Shown here: piece by piece, positions 8,095-15,860 of the stretch
Layout of the letters: each line of letters begins with the position of its first letter
Numbering within the stretch: the stretch's first letter is position 1
Source of the DNA: a virus
Taxonomy: Duplodnaviria > Heunggongvirae > Uroviricota > Caudoviricetes
Reading direction: 5' to 3' (one strand)
IMG/VR virus record: IMGVR_UViG_3300020594_000001
Span: 1-45,599 of that record
Length of the DNA stretch: 45,599 nucleotides
Notes under the pieces: generated by a model
What the model saw: only the letters and a program-made list of their open reading frames with translations
Database searches by the model: none
Told to the model about the DNA's origin: nothing
Position numbers and translations under genes: made by a program

Positions 8095-8392
8095 CTTCTG
8101 TGGTCTCAACTAAGGAAGAAAGTGAATCGAACTGCGCTTGGTTGAACGCGAAGAACTCTGCGTTCTGACGCAATGCATCGTTTACTCGGGCTTCGCGCTG
8201 CGCAGCGTTGGCGACGACCCGAATGTCTGTCTGGCGTGCTTCTTGCAGCGCACGGGTGTTCGCCGCGTCGACGAACCGCCCCTTTGTATAGAATCCAGAG
8301 CCAAACCCAATGGCGAGCGCTACAGCGCCCACGATCAAGGCAGTCTTCAGTGCCGGGAGTTTTAGGGTGCTAAGAATCATCTTTTTTTCCAC
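8000..8392 (-). CDS. Inner-membrane spanin (Rz-like)
   Basis: N-terminal TM helix, helical periplasmic domain and a C-terminal Cys; last genes of the lysis cassette. Confidence 0.7.
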   Translation of the reverse strand: MEKKMILSTLKLPALKTALIVGAVALAIGFGSGFYTKGRFVDAANTRALQEARQTDIRVVANAAQREARVNDALRQNAEFFAFNQAQFDSLSSLVETTEDEPPSGNGPAMACPGDPVLSSDLVRLLNATP

Positions 8393-8693
8393 CCAAGCGA
8401 TCAGACCAGCCCAGCGCTACACGTCGAATGAACTCGGGAATGCTGGCTTGGATCGCGTCAAGTGCGTAGCCACCTACCGCTCCACCGCCCAGGCCGATCA
8501 CAGCTGCCATGGCAAGATGCGCGTCATGGGCAAAGCGGGCAGCAGCTGCAGCTGCGAATATCTCACCCACCAGCAGATTCACAACACCTTCGGAGAGACG
8601 GGGCTTTGCGCCCTCGCGGGTGAAGTTGCGCGCAGAACCCACCGCCCCGCCGACGAGCGCGACCAGAATCTGGGGGGTGAGCAATTCATTCAT
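8370..8693 (-). CDS. Holin/antiholin-like membrane protein (107 aa; start MNELLTP)
   Basis: Two to three hydrophobic helices and a charged C-tail (RLGGKKDDS); lies in the lysis cassette. Confidence 0.65.
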   Translation of the reverse strand: MNELLTPQILVALVGGAVGSARNFTREGAKPRLSEGVVNLLVGEIFAAAAAARFAHDAHLAMAAVIGLGGGAVGGYALDAIQASIPEFIRRVALGWSDRLGGKKDDS

Positions 8694-9133
8694 TAGGTGC
8701 CCTTCTTGGCGCACTCATTGATGATCTTGCGACCGACAACGAAGCAAAGCAGCGATAACTGGGGATACAGCACCATGGCGGTGGTCAAGGGCGGGTATGC
8801 AGCGACAAAGCCCACGCTCACAAGCGCCCAAACCAGTGAAGAGAGAAATAGCGAGTAACCGCCCAGGAAGCGGGCATTTATCTTGTGACTAAAGATGCCC
8901 ACTATGGACATGAGCGACATTGCAAAGAACGCAGCTGCAGTCAAGCTCAAGGGCAATATGCCGAAAGCCCAGTAGGTCGATGTTTCGAACATGCGGGGGT
9001 CGACTATGGCAGCGATCCCCCACGACATAAATAAGGTTGCGTTGAAGACTTCGAACACACGGGTTTTGGTAGCAAAAAGCCACTCGATACCCGATTCGAA
9101 GAGGTTGTCAAAGAAGGTGAGAATTCCGTTCAT
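8693..9133 (-). CDS. Holin-like multi-pass membrane protein (146 aa; start MNGILTF)
   Basis: About four predicted TM segments; directly after the endolysin; TAATG coupling to the next gene. Confidence 0.65.
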   Translation of the reverse strand: MNGILTFFDNLFESGIEWLFATKTRVFEVFNATLFMSWGIAAIVDPRMFETSTYWAFGILPLSLTAAAFFAMSLMSIVGIFSHKINARFLGGYSLFLSSLVWALVSVGFVAAYPPLTTAMVLYPQLSLLCFVVGRKIINECAKKGT

Positions 9134-9143
9134 GCTTTGCCCC

Positions 9144-9683
9144 TTAAGCCTGGTTATCAAAGAGTTTTGCGACCTCAATTGCGGCAATCCACTTCTTTTC
9201 CTGCCACTTGCGAAGGTCTTCCCGGTTAGAAAGAAAGAAGGTTTCAACGATGATCCCGCCCGCGTTGACGTAGCCCAGTGAGCCCCGGGCAGACTGGCTT
9301 TGGTCGATCCACCCCATATCGCCTCGCACACGCAATTCAAGCGTGCGTGCTATGGCGTTGGTCAGCTGGCGGGAAATGCCCTTGTCTTTGGGCAAAGAAA
9401 TCGTTTCCACACCCGTGGCAGCGGGGTTCGTCGCTGCGTTGGTGTGGAACTCGATTGCATAGTCGGGCTTGTGCTTACGAATAAGCCCGATCGCTGTATT
9501 GAGGGTTTGGTTCTCGCCGCCCTCGCCATCGGTAAAGACGGTGTGCCCACGTTCGCGAAGTTTCAGGGCGACGATGCTGCGAAACTCAGCCATGAGTTCG
9601 CTTTCTTTGATGCCGAAGTAGGTAGCGCCACTGTCGGGCTTATCGACCGTTGCGTGCCCCGCAGTGATTACAAACTTAGCCAT
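9144..9683 (-). CDS. Endolysin, N-acetylmuramoyl-L-alanine amidase (Amidase_3); start MAKFVITAGH
   Basis: Zn ligands in ITAGH, ESE and EFHTNA, plus catalytic VETFF. Confidence 0.9.
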   Translation of the reverse strand: MAKFVITAGHATVDKPDSGATYFGIKESELMAEFRSIVALKLRERGHTVFTDGEGGENQTLNTAIGLIRKHKPDYAIEFHTNAATNPAATGVETISLPKDKGISRQLTNAIARTLELRVRGDMGWIDQSQSARGSLGYVNAGGIIVETFFLSNREDLRKWQEKKWIAAIEVAKLFDNQA

Positions 9684-9712
9684 TGAAAAGTGTCCGTTTT
9701 CATATTGGCTCG

Positions 9713-9742
9713 ATTTTAAGTAAGCACTCACTTACACTTCAA
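9713..9742 (-). promoter_or_regulatory. Sigma70-like lysis promoter (TTGAAG-18-TAAAAT) with an operator (9719-9732) in the spacer
   Basis: -35 at 9737-9742, -10 at 9713-9718; operator AGTAAGCACTCACT. Confidence 0.65.
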
Positions 9743-9749
9743 GCGAAGC

Positions 9750-10160
9750 TTAGAACACCGGGCGCTCGGGCCAAGAGACGTTGCGCGGGAAACCCTCTTG
9801 TTGAGGCACGCCCAGCAAATTCCGCCGATATGTTGCAATTGCTTCTCGCTGGGCTTCGCTTAGTTCGCTCCACCGAAGCGGGTGTGTGACAACTGAATCC
9901 AGTTCGCGCAGCAGCATATTTCGCTGTGAACGCACTTGTTCAGCCAGAGTCTCGTCCTCGCTGGGGCCATCGTAGGGACGAATCTTCCCAAACTTGCCCG
10001 CCATTGCTTTCTCGAACAGTTCCCTGCTGTGCGCCTCACTGTCATGTGGCGAAGCGGTATATGGCACCGCTTCGTTTAGCTCGACGAAGAAGACGTCCAT
10101 GTCGATAGACGATTCATCGGGTGACGAAAACCGAAGATTGCTAACGGTGTTGTATTTCAT
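9750..10160 (-). CDS. Tail fibre assembly chaperone (Tfa-like)
   Basis: TASPHD, RNMLL and VPQQEGFP..V.WP motifs; directly after a fibre gene. Confidence 0.8.
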   Translation of the reverse strand: MKYNTVSNLRFSSPDESSIDMDVFFVELNEAVPYTASPHDSEAHSRELFEKAMAGKFGKIRPYDGPSEDETLAEQVRSQRNMLLRELDSVVTHPLRWSELSEAQREAIATYRRNLLGVPQQEGFPRNVSWPERPVF

Positions 10161-10169
10161 GTGCGTCCT

Positions 10170-11432
10170 TTATGCGTAACGAAGCATGAGATTGACGTGA
10201 TATCGGTAGGTGACGCCGTCACTTTGCGAAATGCTAGTCTCTACCCCGCCAACGCACCGCCACGAGCCCGTGAATCCATACGCGGTCTGCATCCACGAAG
10301 ACCTTCTAAGCGCGCTACCTGCGAGGGTTGCGCCAATCGCCATTTGACCTGTGTTGATCGAGCCAGACCCATTCGTAGCATGCAGGGTATAAGAGCCAAT
10401 TGCGCCCCCAGTCTTGCCCGCCAGTTTCGCGTCGATATCGGCAGCGGTCATAGGCGTCCCTACGTTCGCACTCGTCCAGACGCGGCCTCCATTGACATAA
10501 AGCTCAGCGCCGGGCATTTGGTATGTGCTGCCGTTGAAGTCCAGATAGCGACTGTTTGCCGCGTTCAGGAAAACGATGCCCCGGTTAGTGTTTCCGCCAT
10601 AACCGCGCAGGTAGACTGCTCCACTGCTGATGGTCAAGTTGCCAGTCATCGTGTCGCCCGTTTTTGCGACGCGAGAGCCCAGATTGACAGTTGCAAGCGC
10701 TTGTTGAACGAATGCGGTGGTGGCGATCTGAGTTGTATTACGCCCAACAGCGGCAGTCGGCGCGGTGGGCGTGCCGCTCAGCGCAGGGCTTTCTAGCAGC
10801 GCAAATGCGTCTGCCTGCTTGCCATCTAGGAGGTCGGCGTTTAGGTTTGTGTTGAGCGTGCCATTGTTGATCGGGATACTGCCGTTAGCGTTGCCCGCAT
10901 GCCGCCCGTCCAAAAGGTCAGCGTCTAGCCCCGATTCAGCACCGTCGTTGCCGGAGTGCCAGATTCGCGAGCCGACCTCTTCTGCTGCCTGTGTGATGTC
11001 AAGAAAGAACCCGCGCGTTTGGCCCCCTGTGTCGTAGATTTCTACGCGATTGCCCTTCAGCCGCAACGACATGTTGCCCGCCATCGTCGTGCCCGACTCG
11101 GGCTTTTCGAGAAGAATCGCAGCGCCGTTGTCGCCAGAGAGCGCCCTGCTCAGGGCTTGGTAAGCAATCTGTGCGGCTTGGGCGACTGGCGCTTCGCCTG
11201 CTTCTGTAGGGGCGGATAGGTCGAGCACCATCGCCCATGTGACAGGACTCGTGCTAAGCAGAATAAACAGCTGACGTAGGTCCGACCTGTAGCAAAGCAT
11301 CCCGAGTTCAATATTGACGGTGGGGAACGCGCTGCCAGAACTGTTCGACAGTGAGGTTCGGTCGTTGTTTAGTAGCATCGCCAACGAACTCTGAAGCGAT
11401 GCTGTGGACTGTATATGGGTATAGCTTTGCAT
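10170..11432 (-). CDS. Tail fibre protein 2
   Basis: N-terminal domain paralogous to fibre 1, LDADLLDG repeats, GTPTAPTA...TTQIATTAFV, KTGDTMTG, and a G.WRC.G tip. Confidence 0.88.
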   Translation of the reverse strand: MQSYTHIQSTASLQSSLAMLLNNDRTSLSNSSGSAFPTVNIELGMLCYRSDLRQLFILLSTSPVTWAMVLDLSAPTEAGEAPVAQAAQIAYQALSRALSGDNGAAILLEKPESGTTMAGNMSLRLKGNRVEIYDTGGQTRGFFLDITQAAEEVGSRIWHSGNDGAESGLDADLLDGRHAGNANGSIPINNGTLNTNLNADLLDGKQADAFALLESPALSGTPTAPTAAVGRNTTQIATTAFVQQALATVNLGSRVAKTGDTMTGNLTISSGAVYLRGYGGNTNRGIVFLNAANSRYLDFNGSTYQMPGAELYVNGGRVWTSANVGTPMTAADIDAKLAGKTGGAIGSYTLHATNGSGSINTGQMAIGATLAGSALRRSSWMQTAYGFTGSWRCVGGVETSISQSDGVTYRYHVNLMLRYA

Positions 11433-11482
11433 TATTGCGCCCTGTGATTACTCATTACCGCAAGCTCAACGCATCTGCCCAT

Positions 11483-11950
11483 CTACTTACTGCCAGCAAG
11501 TATGAACAGGGCGTCAAGATCGGGCTTGGGCTCAGACACCAACGCCCACGTTGCTTGAAGGAACGGATTGGCGCGTTCCCACGTATCAGCGTCATACTCA
11601 ATCTTCGCTTTCATTTGCTGCACCGAGTCTTCAATAGCAGCGATCATCCCTTCAACCTCGATGAGCTTGCCCACTTCCAGAAGCGCCAGACGTCCTTGGC
11701 GGCGCGTGACGGAGGGAGGGACGGCGGTGGGTAGTCCCCCTGCCGCCCGGAGGTTTGCAACTAAATCAGCAACTTGATGCGCAGTCGGCTGAGGCACCCC
11801 ATCTATTTCCCAAGCGACAATCTCTGAATCAACCTCTTGGATGCCTTGGTTGTTTGTAGTTCTGTAGCCCACCCAGAAGTTTTCCCACCACTTCGCCTCT
11901 GGATACTCAGCTTCAATGACGTATGCAATCTCTCGATCTGTAATCAGCAT
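11483..11950 (-). CDS. Tail fibre chaperone (XkdW-like); start MLITDREI
   Basis: ENFWV...EIVAW...PQPT plus VTRRQGRLAL segments; follows fibre 1. Confidence 0.7.
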   Translation of the reverse strand: MLITDREIAYVIEAEYPEAKWWENFWVGYRTTNNQGIQEVDSEIVAWEIDGVPQPTAHQVADLVANLRAAGGLPTAVPPSVTRRQGRLALLEVGKLIEVEGMIAAIEDSVQQMKAKIEYDADTWERANPFLQATWALVSEPKPDLDALFILAGSK

Positions 11951-11972
11951 TCTCAATACCCTCAAGTTCTAC

Positions 11973-13889
11973 TTAGTAAGCCTCGACCTGCCTTCCCAGC
12001 ATGGACCCGAACGTTTCGCCGTATGTTCCTGCCATGACGACGCCAACGCATACATAGTTCGAAGGGAGACGCTTTGTCCCGGCGCTGCCATTCACAGCCA
12101 GCGTGTATTCCGAACCAGTCCAGCGTATTGACTGTGTGTGAGCCGCTGGTGTGAACGTGCTGGGCTTGCTGCTGACCTCAGACCAAGTGGGCCAGCGCGT
12201 AGCTGTCGCAGGCACACCGGACGTAATATTGCCCCACGAGTGGTTGTGAGCCGCTGGCGCGAACGTAGTTGGCTTGCCCCCGACGTCGCCCCATGCAATT
12301 GCCAATGCAGCCTTAACCTGTGCCGGAGTGGACGGGCGAATGTAGTCGCTACCGATCGTCCCGGTTCCCGTGTAGATATGAGTGATTGACCCATTCGTGG
12401 TGGCATACGTCGATCGGAATAACCGAGCCCATACGTCCCCCGACGAATTTCGCATCATCGGTGTGCTTGGGGTAGCAGCGTCTGTGAACTCACCAGAGTG
12501 GTAGACGCGATTCGTGCCTACGTAGTAATGTCTGTTCGATTCGACGCGGTCAGATTTCAGCGTAAAGCTGGTGTTGTGCGTATAGGAGTGAAACGATATG
12601 TCGTCACTCTCTTCGCCGCCCTTGCCAACATACCAAGTGTTCGCGCTTCCATCAGAATTCTGCCCCTGCAGGTAAGAAGCGCCATCGTTTCTAATCTGCA
12701 CATACCTGTCGATAACCGGCGCTGCACGGTCGACTGGCGTGTAACCTAGCGCGTCTTGCTTTTCAGCAATAGTGATACCTAACGCGACGATCTGCGCTTG
12801 CAGCTTCCCGAAGGCGTCGATTACGCTATCCGTTGCAGCTATGGCTGCATTAGCGGTTGCGCTCAAGCCGTCGAGCACCACTTCGCGCACGCGTGCAGCT
12901 GTGAAGTATTTGTTCGTTGCTCCTTCGGGAACCGCGTCAGTGCTTCCAGGCGACGGCGATATCTCGACGTAACCAGTCCCGCTCCACCGATACTGCGCGT
13001 TTGCCGACTTGTCGACGTAAATCTTCCCGCTCTCTCCCGATGCAGGAAATTCAGGAACCGTGTCGAACTCCAGCACGTCGTCGACGTAGCTGGGCAGATG
13101 AATCGCTGGAATTTTGGCATCTGCATCCAAGGGCGCGACGCCGTTAGCAGCACCTTTCTGGCTCGCCTCGATCTTCTCGCTAAGCGCGGCAGTCAGACCC
13201 GGAATTTCTGCAATGGTGGGCGGCTTAACCGTCGAGAACGTGCGCTCCCAAGCGGTCCAGACGCCCGAATAGCGGCCCCGGAAAGCGAAGCACCCGCCGT
13301 TGATGCTGCCCTGGTTGTTATACGGCACGGCGATCTGGGTGATGTTTCCATCGCCATTTCGCCCGCTACCGTATTCAAGATTCCAGACAAAGAAGTATTG
13401 CCCGAAGCCGGGACCGTTGGTGTGACTCCCCAATAGCAGCACCGGGCCAATCCCGGGCTTCGTGTTGGTTGAGTCGTTCCAATCGAGAACGCCCGCTGTG
13501 GTCGTTGCGCCACCAAAGCGAAGCAGCGCTGGCGTCGAGACAGGTTTGTTAGCGTCTGACGTATTGTTGACGCTGCCCAACCCCAGATTCGCACGCGCGG
13601 TTGCGGCATTGGCAAGGTCGCTCAGGTTGCTTTCTTTCGCAAGCTTGGTCTCTATCTCCGCGACAACGTCGCTCAGGTCAGTTACAAGCTCCCATTGCGC
13701 AGGCTCGACCGCGACCAGCTGATACAGCTTGCTTTCGTCTTCCCTGAAGCACTGCATGCCCACTATGAGGTTAGTGGTGGGGAACGCACTGCCCGCGTTG
13801 TTGGATATCGCGGTTTTGTCGTTGTCCAGTATCGCCCCCAGCGACGCGCTGATCTTCATGCTGGGGCTGATTTCGGTATAGTTCTGCAT
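11973..13889 (-). CDS. Tail fibre protein 1 (638 aa; start MQNYTEI)
   Basis: Mosaic fibre modules (GVAPLDADAKIP, YRWSGTGY) and HxH repeats (AAHNH, AAHTQ). Confidence 0.88.
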   Translation of the reverse strand: MQNYTEISPSMKISASLGAILDNDKTAISNNAGSAFPTTNLIVGMQCFREDESKLYQLVAVEPAQWELVTDLSDVVAEIETKLAKESNLSDLANAATARANLGLGSVNNTSDANKPVSTPALLRFGGATTTAGVLDWNDSTNTKPGIGPVLLLGSHTNGPGFGQYFFVWNLEYGSGRNGDGNITQIAVPYNNQGSINGGCFAFRGRYSGVWTAWERTFSTVKPPTIAEIPGLTAALSEKIEASQKGAANGVAPLDADAKIPAIHLPSYVDDVLEFDTVPEFPASGESGKIYVDKSANAQYRWSGTGYVEISPSPGSTDAVPEGATNKYFTAARVREVVLDGLSATANAAIAATDSVIDAFGKLQAQIVALGITIAEKQDALGYTPVDRAAPVIDRYVQIRNDGASYLQGQNSDGSANTWYVGKGGEESDDISFHSYTHNTSFTLKSDRVESNRHYYVGTNRVYHSGEFTDAATPSTPMMRNSSGDVWARLFRSTYATTNGSITHIYTGTGTIGSDYIRPSTPAQVKAALAIAWGDVGGKPTTFAPAAHNHSWGNITSGVPATATRWPTWSEVSSKPSTFTPAAHTQSIRWTGSEYTLAVNGSAGTKRLPSNYVCVGVVMAGTYGETFGSMLGRQVEAY

Positions 13890-13891
13890 CG

Positions 13892-15262
13892 TTAGTATCC
13901 GTGCGCTGCCCATGCAAAAACCCCTGACGACAACGCGCCGTCAGGGGTTCGCATAATTGCGGTGAAACCTAATAGATCAATGTCGACAACGTCAGGGGTG
14001 GCGGGCACGCCAACGCCGCCCTTGGTGGTCAGGACAACTTCTGGGATGATGTGAAATTCACGGTTGAAATTGACCCGCACGCCGTTAGCGGCAACCTCAA
14101 TCGTTGCGCTACCACGGTCAATGATGTCTGGCACGTCAACGACTGCTTGAATGTTCGTGAGCATGCCCCGGTCAGAGTTCTTCGAGCTCAACACCGCCCT
14201 GAACATGGCCTTCTGGTATTCGTAGTCGCCCGGCATGAAGTCGCGCCAGTTCGAATAGCCAGCGGGACGCCCGTATTCGATCATCTGCTTGAACGCGTCA
14301 AGCGAAAGATCGCCATTGCTTAGAATCATGTCGCTTACTGCGAGGTCGCCCGCCCGTTCCAAACCTGCGTATATGCGGGCGAACTCGTATATGCGATGCT
14401 CCACCGCGAAACTTATGGGGTCTGCTATTCCAAGTCCTTCTATGAGGTCTCTGTTGTATTTCGCAGTGCGACCCCACGCTTCGGAGATTAAAAGCGGCGT
14501 AATGCTGTTGCGAGTAATCTCGCGCCAGTCACTCTCGTGCGTAATGTCGAAATACTCGAAAGTGGACACCGTCGCTTGACGGCTATCAACGGACTCAAGC
14601 GCCAACTGCGTTTCGAATGCAAGGTAGGCGTCCCAAACGTGGGCCTTGAAGTCGCTAATAACAAAAGGCTGAATAGAATGCTTGGTGACATTCTTGATTG
14701 GCGCTTGATCGATAACCGACAGCGCCTGGCTGATACTCTTAGCGCCCTGCTTGCGGTGAGTCGGCTCGACAACCAGGTATTCTGTCCGGCTCAGACCAAA
14801 CGCATTGGCGAGTGCGTCGCTTAGGCCGAACGCGCTGGAGAATTCACGGTAGAACTGCGCAGTCTTGGCATGGGACGAAGCCACCGAGAATTCGTCTACG
14901 AGCTCCAGGGAAGTTGCGAACCTCGTGCGATCTGCGATCGCCAGCGACTCCACAAAGCGCAGGTTGAAGTCGATTAGGTCTGTGTAGGACTCGCACAGGT
15001 GAAGGTTGCGCGCGAAAGGCAGATGAACCGATTTCTTACTGGAGTCGATGAGTCCCAGCGATTCAGCAAAATTCTTGAAGAACAGCTTGCCCTTAAAAAC
15101 ACTATCGAGCACAGACAGGGGTGTTGAGCAGGTCAGCTGCCAAAGGTTGATGGCGAAGCTTCCAAACTCAGACCCCTCGTGTTCGGGCGAATCCCAGGCT
15201 ACATTGGTCGCAGTAGCCCAGGTATATTCTTCGCCCGCGATACGCTCGACAGCGGTAGTCAC
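13892..15262 (-). CDS. Tail-associated structural protein with a repetitive shaft
   Basis: Roughly 18-20 aa periodic F.E.L.I.D pattern and a beta-rich C-terminal domain; between J and the fibres. Confidence 0.7.
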   Translation of the reverse strand: MTTAVERIAGEEYTWATATNVAWDSPEHEGSEFGSFAINLWQLTCSTPLSVLDSVFKGKLFFKNFAESLGLIDSSKKSVHLPFARNLHLCESYTDLIDFNLRFVESLAIADRTRFATSLELVDEFSVASSHAKTAQFYREFSSAFGLSDALANAFGLSRTEYLVVEPTHRKQGAKSISQALSVIDQAPIKNVTKHSIQPFVISDFKAHVWDAYLAFETQLALESVDSRQATVSTFEYFDITHESDWREITRNSITPLLISEAWGRTAKYNRDLIEGLGIADPISFAVEHRIYEFARIYAGLERAGDLAVSDMILSNGDLSLDAFKQMIEYGRPAGYSNWRDFMPGDYEYQKAMFRAVLSSKNSDRGMLTNIQAVVDVPDIIDRGSATIEVAANGVRVNFNREFHIIPEVVLTTKGGVGVPATPDVVDIDLLGFTAIMRTPDGALSSGVFAWAAHGY

Positions 15263-15282
15263 GTTGCGTCGCTATCCACCGA

Positions 15283-15735
15283 TTAACTCATCGTGAACGT
15301 GAAGACAACCGAAAGCGTGTCGTCAGCGCCCTTGTTGATGACGTTGAACACCACGCGGTCAAGCATGGTTCCGCCAGTCGCGGCATTGAACACAGCTGAT
15401 TCGGTGATTGCACCCGTTGCCACACCCGGCGCGAACGTGGCACTGAAGGTGAACGTCTTGGTGCCCGTGACGTGTTCGTAGACTGCGGCTTGTCGGGGCG
15501 TCAGTTCGTCCACCAGGGCGGTCTGGCCCGCTGCAGCAGCGGTTGTTCCCTCGCCCACCCCAATGTGGGTCATGACACCGGGGCGGCCCGTGCCTTTGCC
15601 AATCGCGTCAGCGATGAAGTCGAACCCCACGTCGACGATCATGTTGTCTTTGTGAAGCACTTGGGTGCTGCCATCCGCGCGCTGCAAAATCGCCTTCATC
15701 GCGCCGTGCAACTTGAACTTATCGTTACTCTTCAA
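15283..15735 (-). CDS. Tail collar/fibre-attachment protein (150 aa; TTG start after GGGAG)
   Basis: DNMIVDVG, HIGVGEGT, GAITESAVFN and MLDR motifs, typical of tail-collar fibre domains. Confidence 0.75.
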   Translation of the reverse strand: MKSNDKFKLHGAMKAILQRADGSTQVLHKDNMIVDVGFDFIADAIGKGTGRPGVMTHIGVGEGTTAAAAGQTALVDELTPRQAAVYEHVTGTKTFTFSATFAPGVATGAITESAVFNAATGGTMLDRVVFNVINKGADDTLSVVFTFTMS

Positions 15736-15769
15736 AGTGTTCTCCCAGCCATATGCTGATTGCTTGAAT

Positions 15770-15783
15770 AGTGAGTGCTCACA
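15770..15783. promoter_or_regulatory. Palindromic operator copy (AGTGAGTGCTCACA)
   Basis: 13 of 14 positions match the consensus. Confidence 0.6.
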
Positions 15784-15830
15784 CACATTTGGACTCGTGA
15801 GCGGCGACAAACTAAGTCGCATTGCTCACG

Positions 15831-15860
15831 AGTGTAAGTGAGCTCTTACTTACATTTCAA
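15831..15860 (-). promoter_or_regulatory. Sigma70-like promoter (TTGAAA-18-TACACT) with an operator (15837-15850) in the spacer
   Basis: -35 at 15855-15860, -10 at 15831-15836. Confidence 0.6.

Noticed and set aside
10170-13889. Diversity-generating retroelement or invertible fibre cassette
   Set aside because: No reverse transcriptase, no VR/TR pair, no invertase and no flanking inverted repeats are visible in the window.
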